This document shows, piece by piece, positions 17,719 to 27,832 of a DNA stretch of 64,000 nucleotides (position 1 is its first letter; every line of letters begins with the position of its first letter). The notes beneath the pieces are model-generated. The model ran no database searches. It saw nothing but the letters and a program-made list of their open reading frames with translations, and had not been told where the DNA came from. Made by a program: the position numbers and the translations under genes. Source of the stretch: a virus; the IMG/VR virus record IMGVR_UViG_3300045988_137804, positions 1-64,000 of that record; one strand, given 5' to 3'.

Positions 17719-19446
17719 TTGTTGAAATATAGATTAATCAAAGACTCATTAAACGATGAGTACAACGTACAAAAAACGATCCTACTAAATCGTGGTGTAG
17801 AAAATTGGAAAGAATATTTAAACATAGACGAATCATGTATTAACGACTATTCGATGCTCGACAATATTCACGAAGCAGTTTTATGTTATATATCACATTT
17901 AGACAGAGGGTCAAAAATTCATGTAATTGTAGATCCTGATGTTGATGGCTTTTGTTCTGCCAGCGAGATTATAAGATATACAAAAAAGATAAATTCTGAA
18001 GCAAATATAACATATTCATTGCATACGCAAAAACAGCATGGAATTTCTGAAGATATTACAATTCCAGAAGATATAGATTTATTAATTGTACCAGACGCAG
18101 GAAGTAATGATGTAATTCAATGTAAGGAATTGAATGAAAACGGAATTGACGTTATCGTTTTAGATCATCATATTTGTGATAAAAAGAATCCGTATGCAAT
18201 TGTTGTAAATAATCAGATGTGCGATTATCCAAACAAAAACTTTTGTGGTGGCGGTATTGTATATAAGTTCTTAAAAGCTGTAGATGATGAGCTTTGGGAG
18301 AATTACGCAGATGATTTTCTTGATATGGTAGCACTGTCAAACATTAGTGATGTAATGGACATGAGAGAATTTGAGACAAGATATTATGTCAATACAGGAT
18401 TAAACAAGATTAGAAGTAAGGTTTTTAAAGCACTTATTGATAAGCAATCATACTCAATGAAAGATGTTGTGAACATTATTTCTGTGCAATTTTACGTAAC
18501 ACCAATCTTAAATGCAATGATTAGAGTTGGTAATCAGGATGACAAAGACTTATTATTCAGAGCGTTTATTGAAACTGATGAAGTGTTTAAGTATAAAAAA
18601 CGTGGTGCTACAGAAGAAACGGATGAAGATATTTACACAAGAGCAGCAAGACTTTGTTATAACGCTAAAAATAGACAGGGAAAAGAAGTGTCTAAAAGCG
18701 TTGATGAAATTGATAATATTATAAAACAGAACGAGTTATATAAGAACAAAGCAATTTTTGTCAATGTCTCTAATGTTCTTAGCCAAACATTGACTGGTCT
18801 TGTAGCAATGAAAATTGCAGATAAATATAATAAACCATGCTTATTATTACGAAGACAGAAGTTACGTGATGATGGTGGAATGTTCTATGGTGGTTCTTGC
18901 AGAAACTTTGATCATAGTCCAATTGGCAGTCTAAAGAATGAACTTGATAGCACCAATCTATTTGAGTTTGTACAAGGTCATGATAATGCAGCAGGTTTTA
19001 GTATCAACAGAAACAATGTTGAAAAAGCAATTAGTAGAATAAATACAATGTGGAAAAACATTGATTTTACAGCATATTACGAAGTTGATTTTGACAAAGA
19101 TGTTAGTGAGATTGATATATCATTTGTAAAAGAAATTGATGATATAAAAGACTTGTTTGGACAAGGGATCAAAGAACCTTATGTTCATATATCAAATATT
19201 CCTGTTGTAAAAGAAGATACATTTGTTATGGGGAAAGAGTCAAATAGTTGGAAAGTCATTTACAATGATGAACTTGCATTTGTAAAGTTCTCAGTTGATA
19301 AAGAAAAAGATGCAATTATCAATAGTATGTTTTCTGATACGGACGGACTTCTTGGAACAATGGATGTTGTAGGAACAGTTAGTTTAAATAATTACAAAGG
19401 AATTTTAACACCACAAGTAATTGTAAAAGACTATGAATTTAAGTAG
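17719..19446 (+). CDS. DHH-family phosphoesterase, RecJ-like ssDNA exonuclease
   Basis: DHH motifs: DPDVDG, VPDAG, VLDHH. Confidence 0.7.
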   Translation: MLKYRLIKDSLNDEYNVQKTILLNRGVENWKEYLNIDESCINDYSMLDNIHEAVLCYISHLDRGSKIHVIVDPDVDGFCSASEIIRYTKKINSEANITYSLHTQKQHGISEDITIPEDIDLLIVPDAGSNDVIQCKELNENGIDVIVLDHHICDKKNPYAIVVNNQMCDYPNKNFCGGGIVYKFLKAVDDELWENYADDFLDMVALSNISDVMDMREFETRYYVNTGLNKIRSKVFKALIDKQSYSMKDVVNIISVQFYVTPILNAMIRVGNQDDKDLLFRAFIETDEVFKYKKRGATEETDEDIYTRAARLCYNAKNRQGKEVSKSVDEIDNIIKQNELYKNKAIFVNVSNVLSQTLTGLVAMKIADKYNKPCLLLRRQKLRDDGGMFYGGSCRNFDHSPIGSLKNELDSTNLFEFVQGHDNAAGFSINRNNVEKAISRINTMWKNIDFTAYYEVDFDKDVSEIDISFVKEIDDIKDLFGQGIKEPYVHISNIPVVKEDTFVMGKESNSWKVIYNDELAFVKFSVDKEKDAIINSMFSDTDGLLGTMDVVGTVSLNNYKGILTPQVIVKDYEFK

Positions 19447-19456
19447 GAGATAAAAT

Positions 19457-22400
19457 ATGGCTAGTTCATTACATAATCATAGTGAGTATTCAGTTTTGGA
19501 TGGATTTTCCCATCCTGAAGAATACTTAAAAAGAGCGCAAGAGATTGGACTACATGCTTTTGCCATTACGGAACACGGAAATGAATACAGTTGGATTTAT
19601 TTTGACAAGTTAAAAAGTAAGTATCCAGATGTGAAAATGATTTACGGAGTAGAACTTTACGAATGTTTTGATATAAAAGTGCAAGATCCAGACAATAAAT
19701 ACTTTCACTTGGTTGCACTTGCGAAGAATGAAAAAGGAAGAATTGCTTTAAACGAGATTGTTACAAAAAGTAATTTTGAAGGATTTTATTACAAGCCTAG
19801 AACAGATTTGAAAATGTTAAAACCATACGCAAAAGATTTAATCATTCTTTCTGCATGTTTGGCATCCAAAATTGCTCGTGAAAAAGACTTTGATAAATGC
19901 GTAGATTATATCAATGAATACAAAAGTATTTTTCCAAATTTCTTTCTTGAAATGCAAAGTCATAAAACAGAAGACCAATCTATTTACAATCAAAAAATTC
20001 TTAAATTATCAGAAGTAACAAATACACCATATACAATTACAACTGATTCTCATGCTGCCACAGAAGAAGATTTGTATTATCAAGCAAGACATGTTCAGAT
20101 TGCTCGTGATAATGAAACAATGACAGAACTATATGATGGTTGCTATGTACAATCAGAAAATGAAATTCATTCAATAATGGACAAACAAATCGGACATGAT
20201 AATGTGTCAAAAGGAATTGAAATGTCTGATTACATTGCTGATATGGTTGATGATGTAAGTATGCCATTTCAGTCTCCGCAGTTGCCTACATTTCCATTGC
20301 CTGATGGTTTTAAAGACAATTTTGAATACTTGAAATATCTTTGTGAAGATGGTTGGAAAACAAGAAAACTAGATGAATTGTCAGAAGAAGATAAAGAAAT
20401 AAGAAGAAAAAGACTTGATTATGAGCTTGGAATCATTCATCAAATGGGTTTTGACGGTTATTTCCTTATAGTTTGGGATTTTATAAAATGGTCAAAACAT
20501 AATGGCGTTTACGTAGGTGACGGAAGAGGAAGTGGCGGAGGATCTATTGTAGATTATCTGCTTGGAATTTCTCAGCTTGATCCAATTACATACAATCTGA
20601 TTTTTGAACGTTTTCTTAACCCAGAACGTGTATCTATGCCTGATATTGATACCGATTTCTCTGATAGAGAAAAAGTTGTTCAGTATCTAATGGATAAATA
20701 CGGTGCAGATAGGGTATGTCAGATTATCAACTTTTCTTATATCACTCCGGTTGTAGCGATTAAAGATGTTGGTCGTGTATTAAAGATTCCATATAAAATC
20801 TGTGACAAAATCAGCAAGAAGTTTACATATCCTACGTTTGAAGAATGCGTAGATAACAATCCATCATTGTATGAAGAATATGCAGACTACAAAGAACTAT
20901 TTGACATCGCAGGAAAAATAAGTGGAAGAGTTAGACAGACATCCGTTCATGCAGGTGGAGTTGGAATTGTAGATACAAAAGTTACAGATTACATGGCTAT
21001 GAAAGTTGGTAGCAAAGGTGAGCATGTAATTCAAGTAGACAAAAAGAACGTTGAAGAAATTGGAATTATTAAGTTTGACTGTTTGGGATTGGCAGATACA
21101 TTAAATACAATCAAATACGCTGTTGAATATGCAGGTATTGATGAATGGGAGATTGATGCAAATAATCCAGATTTCTTAAACAATAAGGAAATGTATGAAC
21201 TACTATGTTCAGCAAAAACAAATGGTGTGTTCCAAGTTGAATCACAGGGAATGAAAGACCTTCTATTAAGACTTCAACCATCAAATCTAGAAGATGTATC
21301 TGCTGTATTGGCTCTGTACAGACCTGACAGTATGGGTGCGTTGGATGAATATATTGAGTGCAAACACGGTAGAAAGACAGTTGAATATATGCATCCAGAT
21401 ATGAAACCAATTTTGGAAAGCACTTATGGTTGTATGATCTATCAAGAAGAAATGATGGATATAGTACGTATTTTTGGTGGAAGAACTTACGGTGGAGCAG
21501 ACAAGTTTCGTAAGGCTGTAGGCAAGAAGGATGTAAAGCTTATAAAAACAGAGTCTGAAAAAATATATAAAGAAATTATTGACTGTGGATATGGAGAAGA
21601 TATTGCAAAAGAAATTAGTGATTTTTTAGCAAGTAAGGGTAATTACCTCTTCAACAAAAGTCATTCCGCCCTGTACTCGCTTTTGACTCTTAAAACAGCA
21701 TATCTTAAAGCAAAATATCCAGTTGAATTCTTTTGTGCATTATTAAATCAAAAAAGAGATGATTATGGCGCATTGAACAAATATATTCTTGATGCAAAAG
21801 ACTTTGGAGTTGAACTTTTACCACCACATCTTAATCGTTCTGAACGTGGATTCAAAGTATTTAATGGCAAGATTTTGTTTGGTCTTGAAGCAATCAAGGG
21901 TGTTGGAGAAAAATTCGTAGATGCATTGATCGAAGAAAGAAATAAAAAACCATTTGAGAACTTTAAAGATTTCTACGAAAGAATGTCTCCGTCAGTGTCT
22001 ATTGTAGTATCACTTGCAAAGGCTGGTGCAATTCCATGTAAGGATAAGCGTCAATTATTAATTAATTTTGCAGCAGGTCAATATCAGAAAAAAGAATTTA
22101 CACCAGTAAAAACATTGCCAAAACTATCAATTCTTAAAGAAAAATATGGAATTGATGGTGGAGTTATCAAAGACAAAGAAGAGAGAATAAGATTATATAA
22201 CATAGAAAAAGAAAAAGAATTCAATAAATTGCAAAAAGAGAAGTTTGACAAGTCAATGCAGACGTTCTGTGACAAATACCTACAGAATGAAAACCTATGG
22301 GAATTTGAAGCATTATCTGTTTTTATTGACAAAAATCCATTTGTAGAAGCATACCAATATATTCAAAAAGATTTTGACGAAGTTGAAGATGGTGGAGATG

Positions 22401-22663
22401 GAGTTGTTGTAGGTATTGTTGCAAACATTCAAAAGAAAAAAGACAGAACAGGAAAACAGTTTGCTTTTGTATGGTTGTATTCTGCATATGGGCTTATAGA
22501 AGTAACTTGTTGGCATTCTCAATTAAAATCTTATGAAGACTTAATTAAAAAAGGAACACAAGTTTCTGTGTTGTATAGAAAGAGTGATGACAAAGCGATT
22601 GTAAAAGAGATGAAAACATACGAACAATGGCTTTCGGATCGTCACATACAAATGTCAAAATAA
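19457..22663 (+). CDS. dnaE: DNA polymerase III alpha subunit (DnaE-type, with N-terminal PHP domain)
   Basis: PHP HNHSEYSVLDGFS. Also GFDGYFLIVWD, PDIDTDF, the right length, and an OB domain at the C-terminus. Confidence 0.85.
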   Translation: MASSLHNHSEYSVLDGFSHPEEYLKRAQEIGLHAFAITEHGNEYSWIYFDKLKSKYPDVKMIYGVELYECFDIKVQDPDNKYFHLVALAKNEKGRIALNEIVTKSNFEGFYYKPRTDLKMLKPYAKDLIILSACLASKIAREKDFDKCVDYINEYKSIFPNFFLEMQSHKTEDQSIYNQKILKLSEVTNTPYTITTDSHAATEEDLYYQARHVQIARDNETMTELYDGCYVQSENEIHSIMDKQIGHDNVSKGIEMSDYIADMVDDVSMPFQSPQLPTFPLPDGFKDNFEYLKYLCEDGWKTRKLDELSEEDKEIRRKRLDYELGIIHQMGFDGYFLIVWDFIKWSKHNGVYVGDGRGSGGGSIVDYLLGISQLDPITYNLIFERFLNPERVSMPDIDTDFSDREKVVQYLMDKYGADRVCQIINFSYITPVVAIKDVGRVLKIPYKICDKISKKFTYPTFEECVDNNPSLYEEYADYKELFDIAGKISGRVRQTSVHAGGVGIVDTKVTDYMAMKVGSKGEHVIQVDKKNVEEIGIIKFDCLGLADTLNTIKYAVEYAGIDEWEIDANNPDFLNNKEMYELLCSAKTNGVFQVESQGMKDLLLRLQPSNLEDVSAVLALYRPDSMGALDEYIECKHGRKTVEYMHPDMKPILESTYGCMIYQEEMMDIVRIFGGRTYGGADKFRKAVGKKDVKLIKTESEKIYKEIIDCGYGEDIAKEISDFLASKGNYLFNKSHSALYSLLTLKTAYLKAKYPVEFFCALLNQKRDDYGALNKYILDAKDFGVELLPPHLNRSERGFKVFNGKILFGLEAIKGVGEKFVDALIEERNKKPFENFKDFYERMSPSVSIVVSLAKAGAIPCKDKRQLLINFAAGQYQKKEFTPVKTLPKLSILKEKYGIDGGVIKDKEERIRLYNIEKEKEFNKLQKEKFDKSMQTFCDKYLQNENLWEFEALSVFIDKNPFVEAYQYIQKDFDEVEDGGDGVVVGIVANIQKKKDRTGKQFAFVWLYSAYGLIEVTCWHSQLKSYEDLIKKGTQVSVLYRKSDDKAIVKEMKTYEQWLSDRHIQMSK

Positions 22664-22675
22664 AGGAGATATTCA

Positions 22676-24922
22676 ATGAAAGTTGGAGAAGAAGTAAAGT
22701 TTAAATGTGTTCCAGTTACAGAAAGATATTACAATGATGATTCTTCGTATGGGGTATTTGTATTCCATACGAAGGACGAAATACCAGAATACGATGAAGT
22801 TCCTGATTCTCCATTTGAAAGTATTGAATCAACTTCTGGTAAACGAATGTCTATATTAGCTGGAAACATGCAGCAGTTATATGTTGGATCAGAATACGAA
22901 GTAACTGCTACGTTAGATTACAATAGTAAATACAAATCTTATCAGTATAAGCCAAAGATTATTACATCTATAACGCCCAAAACAGAAGAACAACAAAAGA
23001 AATTCTTGCAATCAATTGTTACGAAAAACCAAGCAGAAACATTATTAGCAAAATATCCAAATATTGTAGAAGATATTATTAATGGCAATGATAATGTTGA
23101 TATTCGTTCTTTGAAAGGAATAGGGGACAGGACATATGCTTCAATTAAAAAGAAAGTAATTGATAATTATGTTATTTCAGACATTCTAACATTGCTTCAA
23201 CCACTTGGAGTTACTTATGCAAAAATCAAAAAGTTGCTTTCCAATGAACCAAATCCAACATTATTAAAAGAAAAGTTGCTAAGTAACCCATATATCATGC
23301 TTAATATTAGAGGGTTTGGATTCAAGACAGTGGATCAACTTGCGTTAAAACTAAATCCAGGAATCAAATGTTCTGCAAAAAGAACTTACGCTTTTATAAA
23401 ATATTACCTTAAAGATATTGGAAACAATCAAGGACATACATGGGTTGATATAGATGCACTTGAAAATGCTGTCATTGACAACATTAACGAATGCACAGAT
23501 ATTTTTAAATCAATCATTGAGAATGAGAAAAATAAAGAAATAAATCTTCATTTCTATTATGACAAAGTTGGTCTTATGGAGTATTACGAATCTGAAAAAA
23601 ATGTATTTGAACAGTTAAAAAGATTAAATAATACAACTCCGTTAAAGATAACTGAAGAAGATATAAGAATAGGAATAGAACAGTCAGAAAAGGATCAAGG
23701 TTTTACACTTACAGAAGAACAAAAAGAACTTGTCAAAAACAGCGTAAAAAGCAATGTTGTAATAGTAGTTGGATTCGCAGGTGTTGGTAAAACTTGTGTT
23801 TCAAGAGCAATTCTTAATGTTTACAAACATGCAAAATATTCAATTTCCTGTTGTGCTTTATCAGCAATGGCAGGTCAGAGAATAACTGAAGCAACAGGTT
23901 TTGAAGCATCTACAATTCATAGATTACTTGGCTATAGTCCAAATGGTTTTGCATTTAACTCAGATGTACCATTACAACAAGACGTTATTTTCGTAGATGA
24001 ATGTTCGATGATTAATTCGTATCTATTTGAATCAATCGTTTCTGCAATACAGACTGGCAAAAAAATTATCATGTGTGGTGATAACAGACAGTTACCACCA
24101 ATAGGATATGGAAATATATTTGGTGATTTGCTTGAAAAAACAGATGATTTCTCAATATTCAAATTGACAAAAGTTCTTAGACAGGCTGAAAAGTCTGGAA
24201 TTCTTATGGACGCAAATAAAATTCGTGAAGGAAAATTTCCAATAAAACAACCGGAATTGAAAATTATCAACGGTGAACTGCAAGATATGACATATATGTT
24301 CAGAGATTCAAGAGAAAGTCTATCGTCAATTGCAATAAAAACATATATGAAAGTAGTTGAAAAAGATGGTCTTGATAATGTTGTAATCATAACACCAAGA
24401 CGTGAGAATTGTGAGAACAGTGCAAACGAAATGAACAAAAAGATTGTGAATTTAATAGCAGACAAGACTCAAAAATATATGAAAATCGGAGATAAGACAT
24501 TTTATGTTGGTTCTAAAGTGATGCAGACAGATAACAACTATGACAAGAATGTATTTAATGGCGAGATAGGATATATCAAAGATATTAAAACTGAGTATGA
24601 CGGTAATGAAAAAACAACAGTTTTTAATGTTGAATATAAGATGAATGGGAAATCGAAAGTTGTTAAATACAATAGAAACGAATTAGGTCAGATTGATTTG
24701 GCGTATGCTATGACAGTTCATAAAGTACAGGGACAATCAATTAAATCTGTAATTATTATTACGGATATGACTCATTACACATTGCTTGATACATGTTTAT
24801 TATATACAGCAATAACTAGAGCAAAAGAAAGATGCTTGCTATTATCAGAGCCTATGGCATTTAAAATCTGTATGGAGAATAACAAAAGTAGAAACAGACA
24901 AACATGGTTAAGTTTAATGTAA
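22676..24922 (+). CDS. RecD-like (RecD2/PIF1-type) SF1 DNA helicase
   Basis: Walker A GFAGVGKT, Walker B VIFVDECSMI, and C-terminal SF1 motifs VHKVQGQS. Confidence 0.8.
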   Translation: MKVGEEVKFKCVPVTERYYNDDSSYGVFVFHTKDEIPEYDEVPDSPFESIESTSGKRMSILAGNMQQLYVGSEYEVTATLDYNSKYKSYQYKPKIITSITPKTEEQQKKFLQSIVTKNQAETLLAKYPNIVEDIINGNDNVDIRSLKGIGDRTYASIKKKVIDNYVISDILTLLQPLGVTYAKIKKLLSNEPNPTLLKEKLLSNPYIMLNIRGFGFKTVDQLALKLNPGIKCSAKRTYAFIKYYLKDIGNNQGHTWVDIDALENAVIDNINECTDIFKSIIENEKNKEINLHFYYDKVGLMEYYESEKNVFEQLKRLNNTTPLKITEEDIRIGIEQSEKDQGFTLTEEQKELVKNSVKSNVVIVVGFAGVGKTCVSRAILNVYKHAKYSISCCALSAMAGQRITEATGFEASTIHRLLGYSPNGFAFNSDVPLQQDVIFVDECSMINSYLFESIVSAIQTGKKIIMCGDNRQLPPIGYGNIFGDLLEKTDDFSIFKLTKVLRQAEKSGILMDANKIREGKFPIKQPELKIINGELQDMTYMFRDSRESLSSIAIKTYMKVVEKDGLDNVVIITPRRENCENSANEMNKKIVNLIADKTQKYMKIGDKTFYVGSKVMQTDNNYDKNVFNGEIGYIKDIKTEYDGNEKTTVFNVEYKMNGKSKVVKYNRNELGQIDLAYAMTVHKVQGQSIKSVIIITDMTHYTLLDTCLLYTAITRAKERCLLLSEPMAFKICMENNKSRNRQTWLSLM

Positions 24923-24940
24923 AGGAGAAATAAGAATCAA

Positions 24941-25747
24941 ATGATTAAAATTTCATGTAAAGAATACGCAGCCAATCTAAAAGAAGAACTAAAAGAGTTA
25001 TGCGAAAAATCACCAAGACAGCGTTGCCTTACAGTGGTTCAGATTGGGAATGATGCAGCAAGTAACTCTTATGTAAATGGCAAAAGAAAAGATTGTGAGT
25101 ATGTTGGGATCAAGTTCAATCATGTACATATTACAGATTATGAAAATCTTGACGAATCAGATCTATGCCAAATTATTAAAGAACTTGATAAATCAGAGGA
25201 AGTAGATGGAATCATCATCCAGCTTCCTATTCCAGACAAATACAATGTAAAAATATTGCAGCAGTTCATTAGTCCAGAAAAAGATGTTGATGGTTTCAGA
25301 AAGGATTCGCTTTACAATCCATGCACTCCGCAAGGAATTATTGATTGGCTCGAAGCTAATGACATTGATTTAAGAGGTAAGTTAATAACTGTATTAGGAA
25401 GAAGTGAGATAGTAGGTAAGCCACTTGTAAACATGTTGATTGATAATGGTGCAACAGTTATTAATTGCAACAGCAAAACACCAGAGAATAAAATAAAGTA
25501 TTTTACTAGAATGTCAGATATTGTTGTTTCTGCAATTGGTAAACCACTTAAGTTAGATTGGATTTATTTTGATGATTATACAATTATTGTAGATGTTGGA
25601 ATCAATAGAGATAAGGACGGTAAGTTATGTGGAGATGTAAATACGAAAGACTTTGATAAATTCTTTTCATCTAATTATGTAACACCTGTTCCGGGTGGTG
25701 TTGGTCTGTTAACAAGGGTTACATTGCTGAAAAATGTGATGAGATAA
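24941..25747 (+). CDS. folD: Bifunctional methylene-tetrahydrofolate dehydrogenase/cyclohydrolase
   Basis: VQIGNDAASNSYVNGKRK, DGIIIQLPIP, PVPGGVGLLT. Confidence 0.85.
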   Translation: MIKISCKEYAANLKEELKELCEKSPRQRCLTVVQIGNDAASNSYVNGKRKDCEYVGIKFNHVHITDYENLDESDLCQIIKELDKSEEVDGIIIQLPIPDKYNVKILQQFISPEKDVDGFRKDSLYNPCTPQGIIDWLEANDIDLRGKLITVLGRSEIVGKPLVNMLIDNGATVINCNSKTPENKIKYFTRMSDIVVSAIGKPLKLDWIYFDDYTIIVDVGINRDKDGKLCGDVNTKDFDKFFSSNYVTPVPGGVGLLTRVTLLKNVMR

Positions 25748-25782
25748 GCAGATGAAAGAATCGTTTCATTAGGAGGAAACAT

Positions 25783-26112
25783 ATGAAAATGTTGTATACA
25801 GTAATGATTATTGCTTGTGCTATTGCTTACGTTGTTAGTGTTATTTCTCTTCTAAACCCAGATGGATGGAAAAGGAAGAAGTTCACAGCAGATGAGGCTA
25901 GGAAGATATCTGATGATTATTCTGAAGATATTGCCTTTATCGAGAAAGAAATTAAACAAACCGCTAAACAAAACAAAACTTCTGTCGAACTGACTATTAA
26001 CAGTGAAGAAGTAGTGAAGCATTTCGAGAACGCTAAATTTGTTGTAACACATGTCGATAAATGTATTTATAACATTGATTGGAGCAATGATGCAGAAAGT
26101 AAAAGACATTAG
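25783..26112 (+). CDS. Membrane-anchored hypothetical protein
   Basis: N-terminal transmembrane segment. Confidence 0.4.
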   Translation: MKMLYTVMIIACAIAYVVSVISLLNPDGWKRKKFTADEARKISDDYSEDIAFIEKEIKQTAKQNKTSVELTINSEEVVKHFENAKFVVTHVDKCIYNIDWSNDAESKRH

Positions 26113-26232
26113 AGAATATTCAATAGAGGAAATAATCTATCCTAAAACATTGGAACTCCGAGTCAGTATGGAAGATTTCAAACGCTGGCTTGGAGTCGAT
26201 GAAGAAAGAAAATTTGGTTACACATTGGAGGA

Positions 26233-26932
26233 GAATAAAATGGGAACAGTAATAATTACAAAAGACACAACAAAATATCCTATCACAATGATTGGAAGAT
26301 ATGCAGGTGTATGTTGGGGAGCAAATACATCAGACAATGAAAAAAATTACAAACGTGGTTTGGATTGCATTGAAAGTGAACACGGAAGGACATGGGAGTT
26401 TCCAGATGTATATGCAATTATTGATGGATATTCAGCCAAGGTTTTGCGTGAATGGTATACACATGTAGGAGGTTTGCCAACCAGATTACAAGCATCTACG
26501 AGATATATCAATTATTCTAAGGGTGAAGGATTTAAATATGTAACTCCACCTACAATTGCAAATAATAATGATGCGTTGGCAGAGTGGTCATCAATGATGA
26601 GTAATATTAATGATATGATTAGCAAATTTATCAATGTATATAATATTCCGGTCGAAGATGCGACAATGGCACTACCTATAGCATATCAAAGTAAAATGGT
26701 AGACAAACGTAATTTTAGAAACGTTGTAGATATGTCAAATCAGAGAACTTGTACAAGAGCATATTGGGAATATAGAAATCAGTTAATGAAAGATTACCTT
26801 CATGCATTAAGAGAATATTCAGAAGAGTGGAAGACATTAATAGATATGAAATGCAAACCAAAATGTGAGAAAACAGGATTCTGTACAGAAAAGAAGACAT
26901 GTGAAAGAAAACCAAAAAGAGACGAAAAATAG
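26233..26932 (+). CDS. thyX: Flavin-dependent thymidylate synthase
   Basis: ThyX signature RHR-like ...HVGGLPTRLQASTRYINY. Strong ribosome-binding site GGAGGAG before the ATG at 26233. The frame is open from 26051. Confidence 0.75.
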
Positions 26933-26945
26933 GAGAGTATTTATT

Positions 26946-27125
26946 ATGAATAAAAATATCGAAAAAGAAATTTTAAACAATCAAAAAGTAATTATGAGAG
27001 TATTACGCACAATTACGTCAGAAAAATACAATAATAACGATAATTCTAAATTGGATTATGACCTGCTCGAATACAGAATTGGGAAAACAGGTGAACTTTT
27101 AAGAACCTTGGAGGATGAAAATTAA
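26946..27125 (+). CDS. hypothetical protein
   Basis: ORF only. The frame is open from 26865. Confidence 0.3.
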   Translation: MNKNIEKEILNNQKVIMRVLRTITSEKYNNNDNSKLDYDLLEYRIGKTGELLRTLEDEN

Positions 27126-27331
27126 TGAGAGATCCGAATAGAACATATCCATTTTGCAGAGAATTAGCAACAATTTGGAGTGAAAAATATCCTGACTTAA
27201 GATTTGGTCAGCTTATGTATAACTTCATTGTTTGGTGCAGCAATACAAAGAAGCGTGATATTTTCTTTCCAGAAGAAAAAGAATTTATGGAACTGTTTAA
27301 AGAATTTTGTGGAGTTGAAGAAGGAGAATAA
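27125..27331 (+). CDS. hypothetical protein
   Basis: ATGA overlap with the upstream gene. Confidence 0.35.
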   Translation: MRDPNRTYPFCRELATIWSEKYPDLRFGQLMYNFIVWCSNTKKRDIFFPEEKEFMELFKEFCGVEEGE

Positions 27332-27334
27332 AGA

Positions 27335-27832
27335 ATGAACACATTAATGGGTTATTTATTACAACCAGACACAGTGATTTTCTTTGATGTGGACGGAGTA
27401 TTAGCACCGTATGAATTTGGTGTTAATAAACATTGTATTGATGACGAAGAATGGGATAGAAAAATGACAGCAGGAGAAGACATGTATTCTACGGTATCTC
27501 CAATTAGATTGTTCCAAAATTTTATTGAAAGAAAAGGAACAGATAATGTATATGTTTGCTCTAAAGCATCGACAGAAGAGTATGCGTCCAAAATGAAATT
27601 CTGCCAAGATGGATATGGTATTCCATCTGACCACATTTTTCTAGTTGCTTCTAAAAAGGAAAAGCTTGATATCCTGAGAAGTTTTTCAGTTGCTCTTGGT
27701 ATTCCAGAAGAAAAGATTGCAATGGTAGAGGATACAGTAGAAACGCTTGATATGATTTTTAATAATACAAATTGTGCAACAGTACATGTATCTTCGTTCC
27801 TTGATTATAATGATGAGGTAATTTATGAATAA
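27335..27832 (+). CDS. HAD-superfamily hydrolase; probable nucleotidase
   Basis: HAD motif I FFDVDGVL. Confidence 0.55.
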   Translation: MNTLMGYLLQPDTVIFFDVDGVLAPYEFGVNKHCIDDEEWDRKMTAGEDMYSTVSPIRLFQNFIERKGTDNVYVCSKASTEEYASKMKFCQDGYGIPSDHIFLVASKKEKLDILRSFSVALGIPEEKIAMVEDTVETLDMIFNNTNCATVHVSSFLDYNDEVIYE

